The notes under the pieces: model-generated | Databases searched by the model: none | What the model saw: only the letters and a program-made list of their open reading frames with translations | Told to the model about the DNA's origin: nothing | Program-made: the position numbers and the translations under genes | In this document: one piece after another, positions 49,887 through 58,969 of the stretch | Numbering within the stretch: the first letter of the stretch is position 1 | How the letters are laid out: every line of letters begins with the position of its first letter | DNA from: Bdellovibrionota bacterium | GTDB lineage: Bacteria; Bdellovibrionota_G; JALEGL01; DATDPG01 | Direction of reading: 5' to 3' | Assembly: GCA_963668355.1 (NCBI GenBank) | Contig: OY764265.1 | Span: 2,208,001-2,272,000, forward strand | DNA length: 64,000 nucleotides

Positions 49887-49902
49887 AGCAATCCCTGTGC
49901 CA
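49887..49902 (-). promoter_or_regulatory. Sigma54 (-24/-12) promoter TGGCACAGGGATTGCT
   Basis: GG-N10-GC with TGGCAC and TTGCT, 13 nt upstream of the lipoprotein ATG. Confidence 0.65.
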
Positions 49903-50099
49903 TTCGAAGGGTTAAAAAAACGAATGATTACAGACTCTTGGATGGGGTTCTTGAGAGAATGCCCGAGCGAGCGGGGAAAGCGTGTCCATACTGAGGCGCA
50001 AACGTCCTTTTCTTTCTGAATTCCAGGGGAACCCTTGTCATTCAACAGGAGAGAGGATATTCAAGGGCCCGAAAAATTTAATTCATCGGGAGAACATTC

Positions 50100-51800
50100 A
50101 TGTCGTTTCAGAAAAAGCTGGAAGAATTACTTGAACAGGCCGGAAGTCGAGTCCAATTGAACGCAACGCGAAAGAGTCTCATTGAGGCCGTGTTGAACCA
50201 TCGAGAAGCCGTTGCTTCTGCTTGTGGTGCGTTGGCTACATGGACCCCGGTTGAATCAACGGGCCGCTCTCCAAAAGATACCATGATTGTGAAACGTAAG
50301 GAGAGTGAAGGAAATGTGGATTGGGATGCCCCCAATAATATTCCCATTGAAGAAGGTACGTTCGATATGCTTTTGGAAGACGCATTGGCTGCGTTGGGAA
50401 AAAAGGATCGGATTTATGTGTCTGATCGTGCGGTGGGTGCGGATCCGGACTATGCTCTTCCGATTCGAACGGTTTCGGACAAGGCATTAACCGTTCTTTT
50501 TGCCGACAATATGTTTCGTCCGGTTTCGCCGGAACTTCGAAAATCCAAGTTTGCGGATCATGGCTTTACTCTGGTTGCTCTTCCCTATGAGAAACTGGAT
50601 CCGAAACGCTATGAAGGTCGTCTGCGTGTGGATCCCCGACTTGGACATACTTCCACCATGGCGATTGCGATGGACATGGATCGACGCATCGGCGTGGTTT
50701 ATGGCTCGGCCTATTGTGGGAGTGTGAAGAAAATGGTGTTCACGGTGATGAACTACCTTTTGCCCTTGAATGGCGTTCTTTCTTTGCATTGTTCAGCCAA
50801 TGAAGGTCCGGACGGGGATACGGCGCTTTTGTTAGGGTTGTCTGGAACCGGGAAGACCACCTTGTCTGCGGACCCTCGGCGAGCTCTCTTGGGGGATGAT
50901 GAACATGGTTGGAATGAAAACGGAATAGCGAACTTTGAGAACGGTTGTTACGCCAAATTGATCGATTTGAGTTCTGTCAAGGAGCCTGAAATCTATGAGG
51001 CCTGCTTTCATCAAGACCAGCCGGAGGAACATGGGGTGATCATCGAGAACGCCATGATGTATCCCGATGGAAACTTTGACCTGTTTGACACCCGTTTTAC
51101 TCCGAACTCTAGGGGTTCTTACCCCTTGTCTTTCCTTTCGAATGTAAAGGAACCTCCGGTGGGAAAACATCCCAAGACAATCATTTTTTTGACGGCGGAT
51201 GCAAATGGAGTGTTGCCTCCGGTGGCCAAATTGGATCGGGCTCAAACCATGTTGTGGTTTCTATTGGGCTACACCAGTAAATTGGCGGGAACGGAAACCG
51301 GTGTTGTGGATCCCGTTTCGACGTTTTCTCGTTTCTTTGGGGCTCCCTTTATGCCATTGCTTCCGGATATGTATGCAAAAATGCTGGGTGAGAAGCTCGA
51401 CCGGCATGGAACAGATGTTTACCTCGTCAATACCGGCTGGAGTGGCGGTCCTTACGGCGTGGGTGAGCGAATGGATATTGATTTGACCCGGGCCATCGTA
51501 AACGGGGCACTTTCGGGGGATCTGAAAAATGTTGAGTATGAGAACGATCCTCTTTTCCACTTGGCGGTGCCCAAGAGTTGCCCTGGGGTCTCGGATTCTC
51601 AGGTTCTAAACCCAAGAAGTACCTGGAAAGACCCCAAGGAATATGATCAGCGGGCGCAAAAGTTGGCTTCCGAATTTGCCGAGCACTTTGACAAAGCCTA
51701 TGGGAAGAAGGGCCTTCCCCAAGAGATTGAGGCTTGTTGCCCAGGAAAGAAAAAAGAAAAGGCATCGGGCGCAACCTCCTCGGTTGTCACGGCTTTGTAG
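50100..51800 (+). CDS. pckA: Phosphoenolpyruvate carboxykinase (ATP)
   Basis: TGRSPKD, HCSAN, GLSGTGKTTLSAD, GDDEHGW, GCYAK, LVNTGW. Confidence 0.97.
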   Translation: MSFQKKLEELLEQAGSRVQLNATRKSLIEAVLNHREAVASACGALATWTPVESTGRSPKDTMIVKRKESEGNVDWDAPNNIPIEEGTFDMLLEDALAALGKKDRIYVSDRAVGADPDYALPIRTVSDKALTVLFADNMFRPVSPELRKSKFADHGFTLVALPYEKLDPKRYEGRLRVDPRLGHTSTMAIAMDMDRRIGVVYGSAYCGSVKKMVFTVMNYLLPLNGVLSLHCSANEGPDGDTALLLGLSGTGKTTLSADPRRALLGDDEHGWNENGIANFENGCYAKLIDLSSVKEPEIYEACFHQDQPEEHGVIIENAMMYPDGNFDLFDTRFTPNSRGSYPLSFLSNVKEPPVGKHPKTIIFLTADANGVLPPVAKLDRAQTMLWFLLGYTSKLAGTETGVVDPVSTFSRFFGAPFMPLLPDMYAKMLGEKLDRHGTDVYLVNTGWSGGPYGVGERMDIDLTRAIVNGALSGDLKNVEYENDPLFHLAVPKSCPGVSDSQVLNPRSTWKDPKEYDQRAQKLASEFAEHFDKAYGKKGLPQEIEACCPGKKKEKASGATSSVVTAL

Positions 51801-51859
51801 GCTAGGTGCCTACGGCGTTTTCGAATGATTCCCAGTAGATATGTAGTTATTTCTGGATT

Positions 51860-52705
51860 ATGATGAAACGCATGTCCTTCTCCGTACGTTTTTGGGGAGT
51901 TCGAGGGACCGTTGCGTGTGCCTCTCCTCAATATGTTCAGTTTGGTGGGAACACCTCGTGTGTTCAGGTGAAGATTGGGAATGAACAAATCATTCTCGAT
52001 GCAGGGACGGGAATACGAGAACTGGGTTCAGACTTTCTACGGAAAAACATTCGAAAAGCTTCCTTATTGTTAACGCACACGCATTGGGATCACATCAACG
52101 GATTTCCATTTTTCATTCCTGCGTTTCAAGAAGGAGGAACCTTTCGTGTGATGGCAGGGCATTTGACAGGTCAAGAAGGGGGAATTGAAAATGTCTTGGC
52201 TGGCCAAATGGCTGCTCCCTGGTTTCCGGTTCCCATTCAAACCATGAAAGCGGATTTGAGTTTTGAAAATTTTCGTGCCGGAGAACACTTTTCCTTGGGA
52301 GGAGATATTCAAGTTCGAACATGTGCCCTCAATCATCCCAATGGAGCCACCGCGTATCGAATTGAATCTCAGGGCTCTTCTCTCGCTTATGTTACGGATA
52401 CCGAGCATATACCCGGAAAGCCGGACGCGGCGATCTTGGAACTGATCGATGGGGTGGATTTGGTCATTTATGATTCGACCTATGCGGATGAAAATTTCCC
52501 GAAGTATGTGGGGTGGGGACATTCCACCTGGCAAGAGGGCGTGCGTCTGTGCCAAGCAGCAAAAGCGAAACGTTTGGTTCTTTTCCATCATGATCCCAAT
52601 AATGACGATTCGGTTATGGAAAAAATTGAAAAAGATGCCGAAAAGGTTTGGGATGGCATCTGTGTTGCTCGAGAAGGCATGGAGATTAAGTTAAAAGGAG
52701 ATTAG
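51860..52705 (+). CDS. MBL-fold metallo-hydrolase
   Basis: GGNTSCV, DAGTG, THTHWDH, NHP, TDTEH, GHST, FHHDP. Confidence 0.92.
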   Translation: MMKRMSFSVRFWGVRGTVACASPQYVQFGGNTSCVQVKIGNEQIILDAGTGIRELGSDFLRKNIRKASLLLTHTHWDHINGFPFFIPAFQEGGTFRVMAGHLTGQEGGIENVLAGQMAAPWFPVPIQTMKADLSFENFRAGEHFSLGGDIQVRTCALNHPNGATAYRIESQGSSLAYVTDTEHIPGKPDAAILELIDGVDLVIYDSTYADENFPKYVGWGHSTWQEGVRLCQAAKAKRLVLFHHDPNNDDSVMEKIEKDAEKVWDGICVAREGMEIKLKGD

Positions 52706-52709
52706 AGAA

Positions 52710-53456
52710 ATGTACAAAGTGGTACTCCTGCGTCATGGGGAAAGTGTTTGGAACAAAGAAAATCGGTTCACGGGATGGGTAGATGTCGATCTGTCTGATC
52801 AAGGGATTCAAGAAGCTCACGAAGCTGGTAAGACCCTTCGAAAAGAAGGTTTTGAATTTGATGTTGCCCATACTTCTTTTTTGAAGCGAGCCATTCGAAC
52901 GCTTTGGATTACTTTGGACGAAATGGATCTCATGTGGATTCCTGTTTGTCGCTCTTGGCGATTGAATGAACGGTTTTATGGAGGCCTATCTGGACTCAAT
53001 AAAGCGGAGATGATGGAAAAACACGGGGAGGAGCAAGTTCATATCTGGAGACGTAGTTACGATACAAGGCCTCCGGCCCTGACGAAGGATAATCCTTATT
53101 TCCCCGGAAATGATCGAAGATACAAAGGGCTTTCCGAAGCACAGCTTCCGCTGACCGAATGTCTGAAGGACACGGTGGAAAGGTTTTTGCCTTACTGGAA
53201 AGAGACCATTTCTCCAGAAATCAAAGAGGGAAAACAAGTGATCATTGCGGCTCATGGAAATAGTCTAAGGGCTTTGGTGAAGCATTTGGATGAGGTGCCG
53301 GATGACGAGATCACGGGGCTAAATATTCCGACCGGCATTCCGTTGGTTTATGAACTGGATGAGCAGCTCAAACCCATAAAGCATTATTATTTGGGTGACC
53401 CGGACCGCGTAAAAGCCGCCCAAGATAAGGTCGCAAAACAACACCAAAGGAAATAG
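52710..53456 (+). CDS. gpmA: 2,3-bisphosphoglycerate-dependent phosphoglycerate mutase
   Basis: [38 protein letters not shown]. Confidence 0.97.
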   Translation: MYKVVLLRHGESVWNKENRFTGWVDVDLSDQGIQEAHEAGKTLRKEGFEFDVAHTSFLKRAIRTLWITLDEMDLMWIPVCRSWRLNERFYGGLSGLNKAEMMEKHGEEQVHIWRRSYDTRPPALTKDNPYFPGNDRRYKGLSEAQLPLTECLKDTVERFLPYWKETISPEIKEGKQVIIAAHGNSLRALVKHLDEVPDDEITGLNIPTGIPLVYELDEQLKPIKHYYLGDPDRVKAAQDKVAKQHQRK

Positions 53457-53460
53457 TTTT

Positions 53461-54387
53461 GTGAGGCGACTTGCGTTTATTCATCACCCTGTATGTGAGA
53501 TGCATAAAATGGGCGTGGTCCATCCGGAAAGCCCAGGCCGCTTGTATGCCATTCAGGAAGGATTGAAAAATAGCGGGATCTGGGAAAAACTGATCATGAA
53601 AGAAGCGCCTCGCGTTTCCCCGGATCTTTTGCCCTTGATTCACTCGGAAGAACACCTTGAACATTTGTATCGGAATGCCCCCGAAAAAGGTTTGTTTGAG
53701 GTGGACCCAGATACGCTTATGAATCAACATACGGTTGAGGCCGCTTGGCGAGCGGCCGGGTCCAGTGTTTTGGCGGTGGATATGGTTCTGGATGGGGACG
53801 TTGAGGGAGCCTTTTGCTCTGTTCGGCCTCCTGGGCATCATGCTGAGCGATCTCGTGCCATGGGCTTCTGTTTCATGAACAATGTAGCCCTAGCGGCGGC
53901 TTATGCATTGGAAAAGAGAGGTCTGGATCGAGTTGCGATCATCGATTTTGATGTTCATCACGGAAACGGGACTGAAGATATTCTCAAAGATGAAAAACGC
54001 ATTTTGATGTGTTCCATTTTTCGCCATCCCTTTTTTCCGGGAACGGGATGGATTTCGAATCAAAAAAACATGAAGCATGTTCCCTTAGACGTTGGAAGTG
54101 CCTCAGATCGACTCTTTGCTGCGGTGGAGGAGGTCTGGTTGCCTGCTTTGAAAGAGTTTCATCCGGAACTGATCGTGTTTTCAGCGGGTTTTGATGCTCA
54201 TGAGGATGATCCGATTGGTGGAATGAAGTTCAAGACCCAAGACTTTGCGTGGGTGACCCAAAAAGTGATGGAGGTTGCGGAAGCGTGTGGGCATCAACGT
54301 GTGGTATCGACTTTGGAAGGAGGTTATGATCTTTCGGCTTTGGGACAAAGTACTTCGGCCCATCTCTCCGTCTTGTTGCAAAGCTGA
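53461..54387 (+). CDS. Histone deacetylase family protein
   Basis: HPE, RPPGHHA, GFC, DFDVHHGNGT, SAGFDAH..DP, LEGGY. Confidence 0.95.
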   Translation: MRRLAFIHHPVCEMHKMGVVHPESPGRLYAIQEGLKNSGIWEKLIMKEAPRVSPDLLPLIHSEEHLEHLYRNAPEKGLFEVDPDTLMNQHTVEAAWRAAGSSVLAVDMVLDGDVEGAFCSVRPPGHHAERSRAMGFCFMNNVALAAAYALEKRGLDRVAIIDFDVHHGNGTEDILKDEKRILMCSIFRHPFFPGTGWISNQKNMKHVPLDVGSASDRLFAAVEEVWLPALKEFHPELIVFSAGFDAHEDDPIGGMKFKTQDFAWVTQKVMEVAEACGHQRVVSTLEGGYDLSALGQSTSAHLSVLLQS

Positions 54388-56631
54388 ATGATCATGACGG
54401 ACGAGCGACGCCAATCGACGCGGATTGAACGAAGAATCACGGTTTTCTTTGAAGTTCAGGGGAAAAAATATCGGGGCGTGATTCTCAATCTTTCCGAATG
54501 TGGTTTGTATCTTCAAACCGATCAAAAATTTCCTGAAGGAACGGAAATTTCTCTTCCCAATCCTTTGGGAGGACCGGAAGTGAATATTCTTAAGGGAAAG
54601 ATTGTTTGGGAGAAAGGGCTTTCTTCCTTTTTTCGTCCTTCGAAAATGCGTTCCGGAATGGGCGTTGCGTTGGAGGCGGCTCCTTTATCCTATATTCAGG
54701 CCATTCGACGTTTAAAGGACCAAACGTACCCCCCAGAAAAGCCTCGCCCGGAAGAACGATTTGAACTTTACCATCGCGTGTCTTTTACTTCTGAAGAAGA
54801 GTTTCTCACAGAATATACAGAAAATTTGAGTCGTGGAGGGATGTACGTCGCGACCGAAAAACAGCTTGAGCCTGGAACTGTAATTAAGGCTTCCATTGAT
54901 CTTCCGGGATTAAATGAACCCGTTCAGGTGGAAGGAAAAATTGCTTACTGTTTGGAGGGTGGAAACGCCGAGGAAAATGGTCGGAATCGAGGGGTGGGGG
55001 TTCAATTTATGAATCTGACGCTAGAAGCTCGAAGCCGTTTGAATCAATACATTTCTCGACTTGAAATTCACCGTTGCACCCCCGAGCGAAGGCGGGTGGA
55101 TTCACTTCCCGCTTTTGGCACGTTGACTGAGTATTTGGTTCCAGAAATATTGATTGCTTTGACGGAAGAACAAAACACAGGGGTTTTGCATTTAGAAAGT
55201 CGAGGGGTCACGAAGCGGGTGTATGTTCATAAAGGAAAACCCATTCATGTTGACTCTTCTCTAAGAAGCGAACGTTTGGGTCATTACTTATCCTATCGGG
55301 GAGTGTTAGCGCTGGAAAAAATCGGTCAATGGCTTCCTTTCATTGACTTGGATGACATCGAATTTTCAAAAAAAATGATTCATATGGACATGTTCGATCC
55401 GTCAACGACACTTTCCTTGGTGGTGGATTGCATTGAGGAACGGCTGATTTCTACCTTTTCGTGGTTCGAGGGGAATTTTGTGTTTTCGAAAGACACAAGC
55501 TGGCGCAAAAAGGTGAAAGCCGTGCCTGTTGAGACCTATCGAGTGGTTTTCCGAGGAATTGAAAGGTGGTACTCCCGTTTGGTTTTGAGTTCCTGGATGG
55601 GGATCACGGAAAATAGTCTTTTGAAAAAAAGAGAGCGACGAGAATTGAATGTTTTTTTTCCGAAGGTTGCTCGAGAGGCCTGGGAGGCTCTGGAAACACC
55701 TGTTTCATTGAAGCAATTGGCGGAAAAAATGTCCCTTCCGATAGACGACATCTTGCCGATTGCTTATGGATTGATCGTTTCAGGGTGGGTGAGTTTCGTT
55801 TTTCCCACCGAGGAAGCCAAAGAGGTTCGAGAAGATGACGCAGTAAAAGCTTCGATTCCTCTTAGTGTTCCTTTGAAAAAAGTACCCGTTAAAAAACCGT
55901 CTTCTGTGAATGTGGGTGAGCGATTGAAACAGCAAATTGAGGGAGACTTTGAACGGTTAAAACGTTTTGATTTATTTGAAATGCTGGGGGTTACTTCTAC
56001 AGCCACACCTGATGAAGTGAAAGTGGCTTATGAAGCTTGTAAGAAACGATATCGACCTGAAGAGATTGATGCCATTTCGGATGACGTTTTAAAGAAGAAA
56101 GCGGATCAGGTGTTGTCGTGGATTGAAGTCGCCCACAATACGCTTTGTGATACCGATTTTCGTGATGCCTACCGGAGTCAGCAGCAGGAAACGAACCTCT
56201 TACAGGGGAAGGAGACCGCCTGGGATGTCGAGCAGGCGTTGGCGATGGTATTGGTAGAGGTGGATCGAGGCGAAGTGGAGGAAGTGGTTCGAATTTTGGG
56301 TCAATTGAGAAAGGAACATCCTGAAAACTCGATTTTGGCCGGCTATTATGCATGGGCCATCTTTGAGATGAACCCGCTCGAAAACATGAAGAGCAGTGGA
56401 AATATGCTTGATGTTGCGATTGATAGAGATCCCTCTGATTCTCAGTTGGTGTATTTTCGGGGGAAGATTTTTGAGCGACAAAATCAATGGAAAAGTGCCA
56501 GGGTCTATTTTGAGAAAGCATTGAAACTGCAACCAGAATTTGAAAAAGCGCGGCAAGCATTGGTGTTGGTCAAAGAAAAAGAAGAAGATCAACTTCGAAT
56601 GGGGCAGGAACTAGGTCTTTTGGATTCTTGA
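54388..56631 (+). CDS. Tandem PilZ (TIGR02266-like) + DUF4388-like + J-like + TPR signalling protein
   Basis: RxxxR/NLSECG and NLSRGG PilZ motifs, PEIL..TGVL and FSWFEGNF, MLGV...VKVAY..YRPE, TPR tail. Confidence 0.8.
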   Translation: MIMTDERRQSTRIERRITVFFEVQGKKYRGVILNLSECGLYLQTDQKFPEGTEISLPNPLGGPEVNILKGKIVWEKGLSSFFRPSKMRSGMGVALEAAPLSYIQAIRRLKDQTYPPEKPRPEERFELYHRVSFTSEEEFLTEYTENLSRGGMYVATEKQLEPGTVIKASIDLPGLNEPVQVEGKIAYCLEGGNAEENGRNRGVGVQFMNLTLEARSRLNQYISRLEIHRCTPERRRVDSLPAFGTLTEYLVPEILIALTEEQNTGVLHLESRGVTKRVYVHKGKPIHVDSSLRSERLGHYLSYRGVLALEKIGQWLPFIDLDDIEFSKKMIHMDMFDPSTTLSLVVDCIEERLISTFSWFEGNFVFSKDTSWRKKVKAVPVETYRVVFRGIERWYSRLVLSSWMGITENSLLKKRERRELNVFFPKVAREAWEALETPVSLKQLAEKMSLPIDDILPIAYGLIVSGWVSFVFPTEEAKEVREDDAVKASIPLSVPLKKVPVKKPSSVNVGERLKQQIEGDFERLKRFDLFEMLGVTSTATPDEVKVAYEACKKRYRPEEIDAISDDVLKKKADQVLSWIEVAHNTLCDTDFRDAYRSQQQETNLLQGKETAWDVEQALAMVLVEVDRGEVEEVVRILGQLRKEHPENSILAGYYAWAIFEMNPLENMKSSGNMLDVAIDRDPSDSQLVYFRGKIFERQNQWKSARVYFEKALKLQPEFEKARQALVLVKEKEEDQLRMGQELGLLDS

Positions 56632-56638
56632 GGGAGTT

Positions 56639-57202
56639 ATGATCGAACAACTGAATGACGTGTTTCTCTATAACGAGCAAAATCGCCTGAAAAAATTATC
56701 TGATTATTGGAAAGCATCGCCCGTTATTTTCGACTTTGTGCGACATTTTGGTTGACTGGTTTGCGGGGAACAAGTTGCGCAGTTGCGTGACATAAAAGAT
56801 CAGCTGGACGATTTGAATACGAACGTGGTGGTTGTTGGAAGTGGTTCTGTCGAGCAAGCGCGAGCGTTCAAGGAACATAATCAGACATCCTTCGAAATGT
56901 TGGTGGATCCAGAGCGCAAAGCTTATAAAGCCCTAAGCTTTCACAGGTCGGTATGGGGAAGCATTGGGTTTCGGGCCATAAAAAACCTTTGGAGGGCGTA
57001 TCGAGGGGGACATCACACCGGAAGGTTGCAAGGAGATCCCTGGCAGATGGGGGGTACGATTGTCTTGGTTCCTCCGGGGGAGGTCCTTTATCTTCATAAA
57101 AGTCGGTATTCCGGGGACCATGCCGATGTGGAAAAGATTTCCAAGGTTTTAAAGGAATATGCGGAGTCAATGACTCCAAAGCTTATTCCAGAAAATAATT
57201 GA
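56639..57202 (+). CDS. Peroxiredoxin-like (AhpC-TSA_2/PRXL2) selenoprotein, Sec at codon 39 (TGA 56753-56755)
   Basis: ATG 56639 after GGGAG; reads ...FVRHFG-TGA-LVCGEQV in frame with ORF 56783..57202 (LVDP, GDPWQMGG). Confidence 0.85.
56774..56791 (+). promoter_or_regulatory. Putative bacterial SECIS hairpin GTTGCGC-AGTT-GCGTGAC
   Basis: 7-bp stem (2 GU pairs) starting 18 nt after the TGA, G in the loop. Confidence 0.55.
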
Positions 57203-58868
57203 AGTCTTCGGCCTCTTCGGCATGCAAAAGCTCATAAGCATGCGCAGGAGATGCCGCATTAAAAAGTTCATGTTGAATCGTTAAATTGGTGGTTACCGCT
57301 CGTGCAATGGCTGCGAGGACCTCTAGGTGATGGTCGCGTTGAGATTCGGGCGTCGCCAAGAGAACGACACAGTGAATCGGCCGTCCATCTGGAGTTTGAA
57401 AGGGAAGGCCTTTTCGACTCAGGGCCATCACGCCATGAATCTCATCTCCTTCTTCCAGTGTCCCATGGGGTATGGATAAGCCATATCCCACACAGGTCGA
57501 CATTTCTTTTTCACGGTTCAAAATGTTTTGCAAAAGACGGTCGTGATCCACTTTTAAGTGATTCGAACGAATCAGTAAGTCGGTGAGTTTGGTGATGGTT
57601 TCTTCTTTTGTCTCTGCATAAAAATCAGTCACGATGTTTTCTTCATGAAGAAAGTCGATGAGGCGAGCTCGATCCTTTCCGGTTTCTCCCGACCAGGTAA
57701 GTGCCGCCCGAGTGGTTATGGGACCAATGATTTCACTGATGGTTACAACCGTCAGTCCAAGGGCTAGGAAGAGATCGCTGATTTCTTTGAGGGTAGGGTC
57801 TTGTTGGATGATCAAAATCAGTCCGATGGCGATTCCGGCTTGAGGTAATAGAGCCAGGCCAAGGAAACGTCTCACGCGTTCCGTGGCTCCGGCTAACGTC
57901 ATGGCCACAAAAGTTGAAACATTCTTACCTGTGAAACGCCCCAACACAGCAAATAGCGCTAATAATCCGGCAGGCTTAAGGTATTCAAAATCCAAATCCA
58001 TTCCGGCGATTGTGAAGAAAGCGGCAAGAATGGCGGGCTCAAATTGTTCAAACGGTTCTCCGGTTAAATGCTCGTTTCGAGGGTTTATGTTGACGAGCGT
58101 GACGCCTAAGAACATGCAGGCCAACAGCGGAGAAATATTGAGCGCGGATGCCGCCCCCCATGTGAGCAGAATCATAATTAAGGAAGCAATGGAGAGTCGA
58201 TTCCAACGAACCGTTAGCGGGGTTACGGAGTTGAAGAGGATTCCCAATGCAATTCCCAACCCGCCGGAGGTTGCCAGTTGGCGTAATGGCCGTATCCAAA
58301 GGTCTATCATTGTGTGTGGGGCGTTTGGGTCCAAACTGATTTGTACGGCAGCATGAACCGACTCGAATAGACACACGCACGCGATGTTGTTGAGTGCGAC
58401 GGCCGCAATGAGTGTTTTTACAAACACGCCTTTGGAGCGAGTTTCTTGGACCAAGGCCACTGTGGTGGCTGGCGCCGTGGCTAAGGAAATGGCTGCCATG
58501 AGGGCAGCGATCGACCAATGTTGTTCACTGACGAGTTCAATTCCAGAGTACACAAACAAGGGCACAAATATGATTTCGGCCAGAAGTAAAATGAGGAGTC
58601 TTCTTCCTGCATTTCGAAGGCGACGAAAGTGTAAATGAGCCCCGACGGTGAGTGCGATCATTCCGAGAGCGAATTCCGTGATGGGTTGAAGGCTTCCGAC
58701 CATGTGAGGATCGAAGAAACCCAGACCCGCGCGACCAATGAGTACGCCCACCAAAATTTGACCGGTCATGCTTGGGAGTCGGAGTTTCTTTGCGATTCCC
58801 CCCGCGGTCAATCCTGCGAGCAGAACGGTAGCAAGAACGAATAAGGGGTCAGGTTGAAAATTCAACAT
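57183..58868 (-). CDS. Cation:proton antiporter fused to PTS EIIA-like domain
   Basis: ATAPA, LLPQAGIAIGL, ISEIIGP; C-terminal REKEMST..G.SIPHG. Confidence 0.9.
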   Translation of the reverse strand: MLNFQPDPLFVLATVLLAGLTAGGIAKKLRLPSMTGQILVGVLIGRAGLGFFDPHMVGSLQPITEFALGMIALTVGAHLHFRRLRNAGRRLLILLLAEIIFVPLFVYSGIELVSEQHWSIAALMAAISLATAPATTVALVQETRSKGVFVKTLIAAVALNNIACVCLFESVHAAVQISLDPNAPHTMIDLWIRPLRQLATSGGLGIALGILFNSVTPLTVRWNRLSIASLIMILLTWGAASALNISPLLACMFLGVTLVNINPRNEHLTGEPFEQFEPAILAAFFTIAGMDLDFEYLKPAGLLALFAVLGRFTGKNVSTFVAMTLAGATERVRRFLGLALLPQAGIAIGLILIIQQDPTLKEISDLFLALGLTVVTISEIIGPITTRAALTWSGETGKDRARLIDFLHEENIVTDFYAETKEETITKLTDLLIRSNHLKVDHDRLLQNILNREKEMSTCVGYGLSIPHGTLEEGDEIHGVMALSRKGLPFQTPDGRPIHCVVLLATPESQRDHHLEVLAAIARAVTTNLTIQHELFNAASPAHAYELLHAEEAEDFNYFLE

Positions 58869-58969
58869 AAAATCAATGTGTTGGAATTTTTATAGTCTAT
58901 CATGAAAAACTTAAAAACACCTAAACCAGGTTGTCAGGTTTGAAAAAGCCGTCTATCTTCCGCGCCAAC

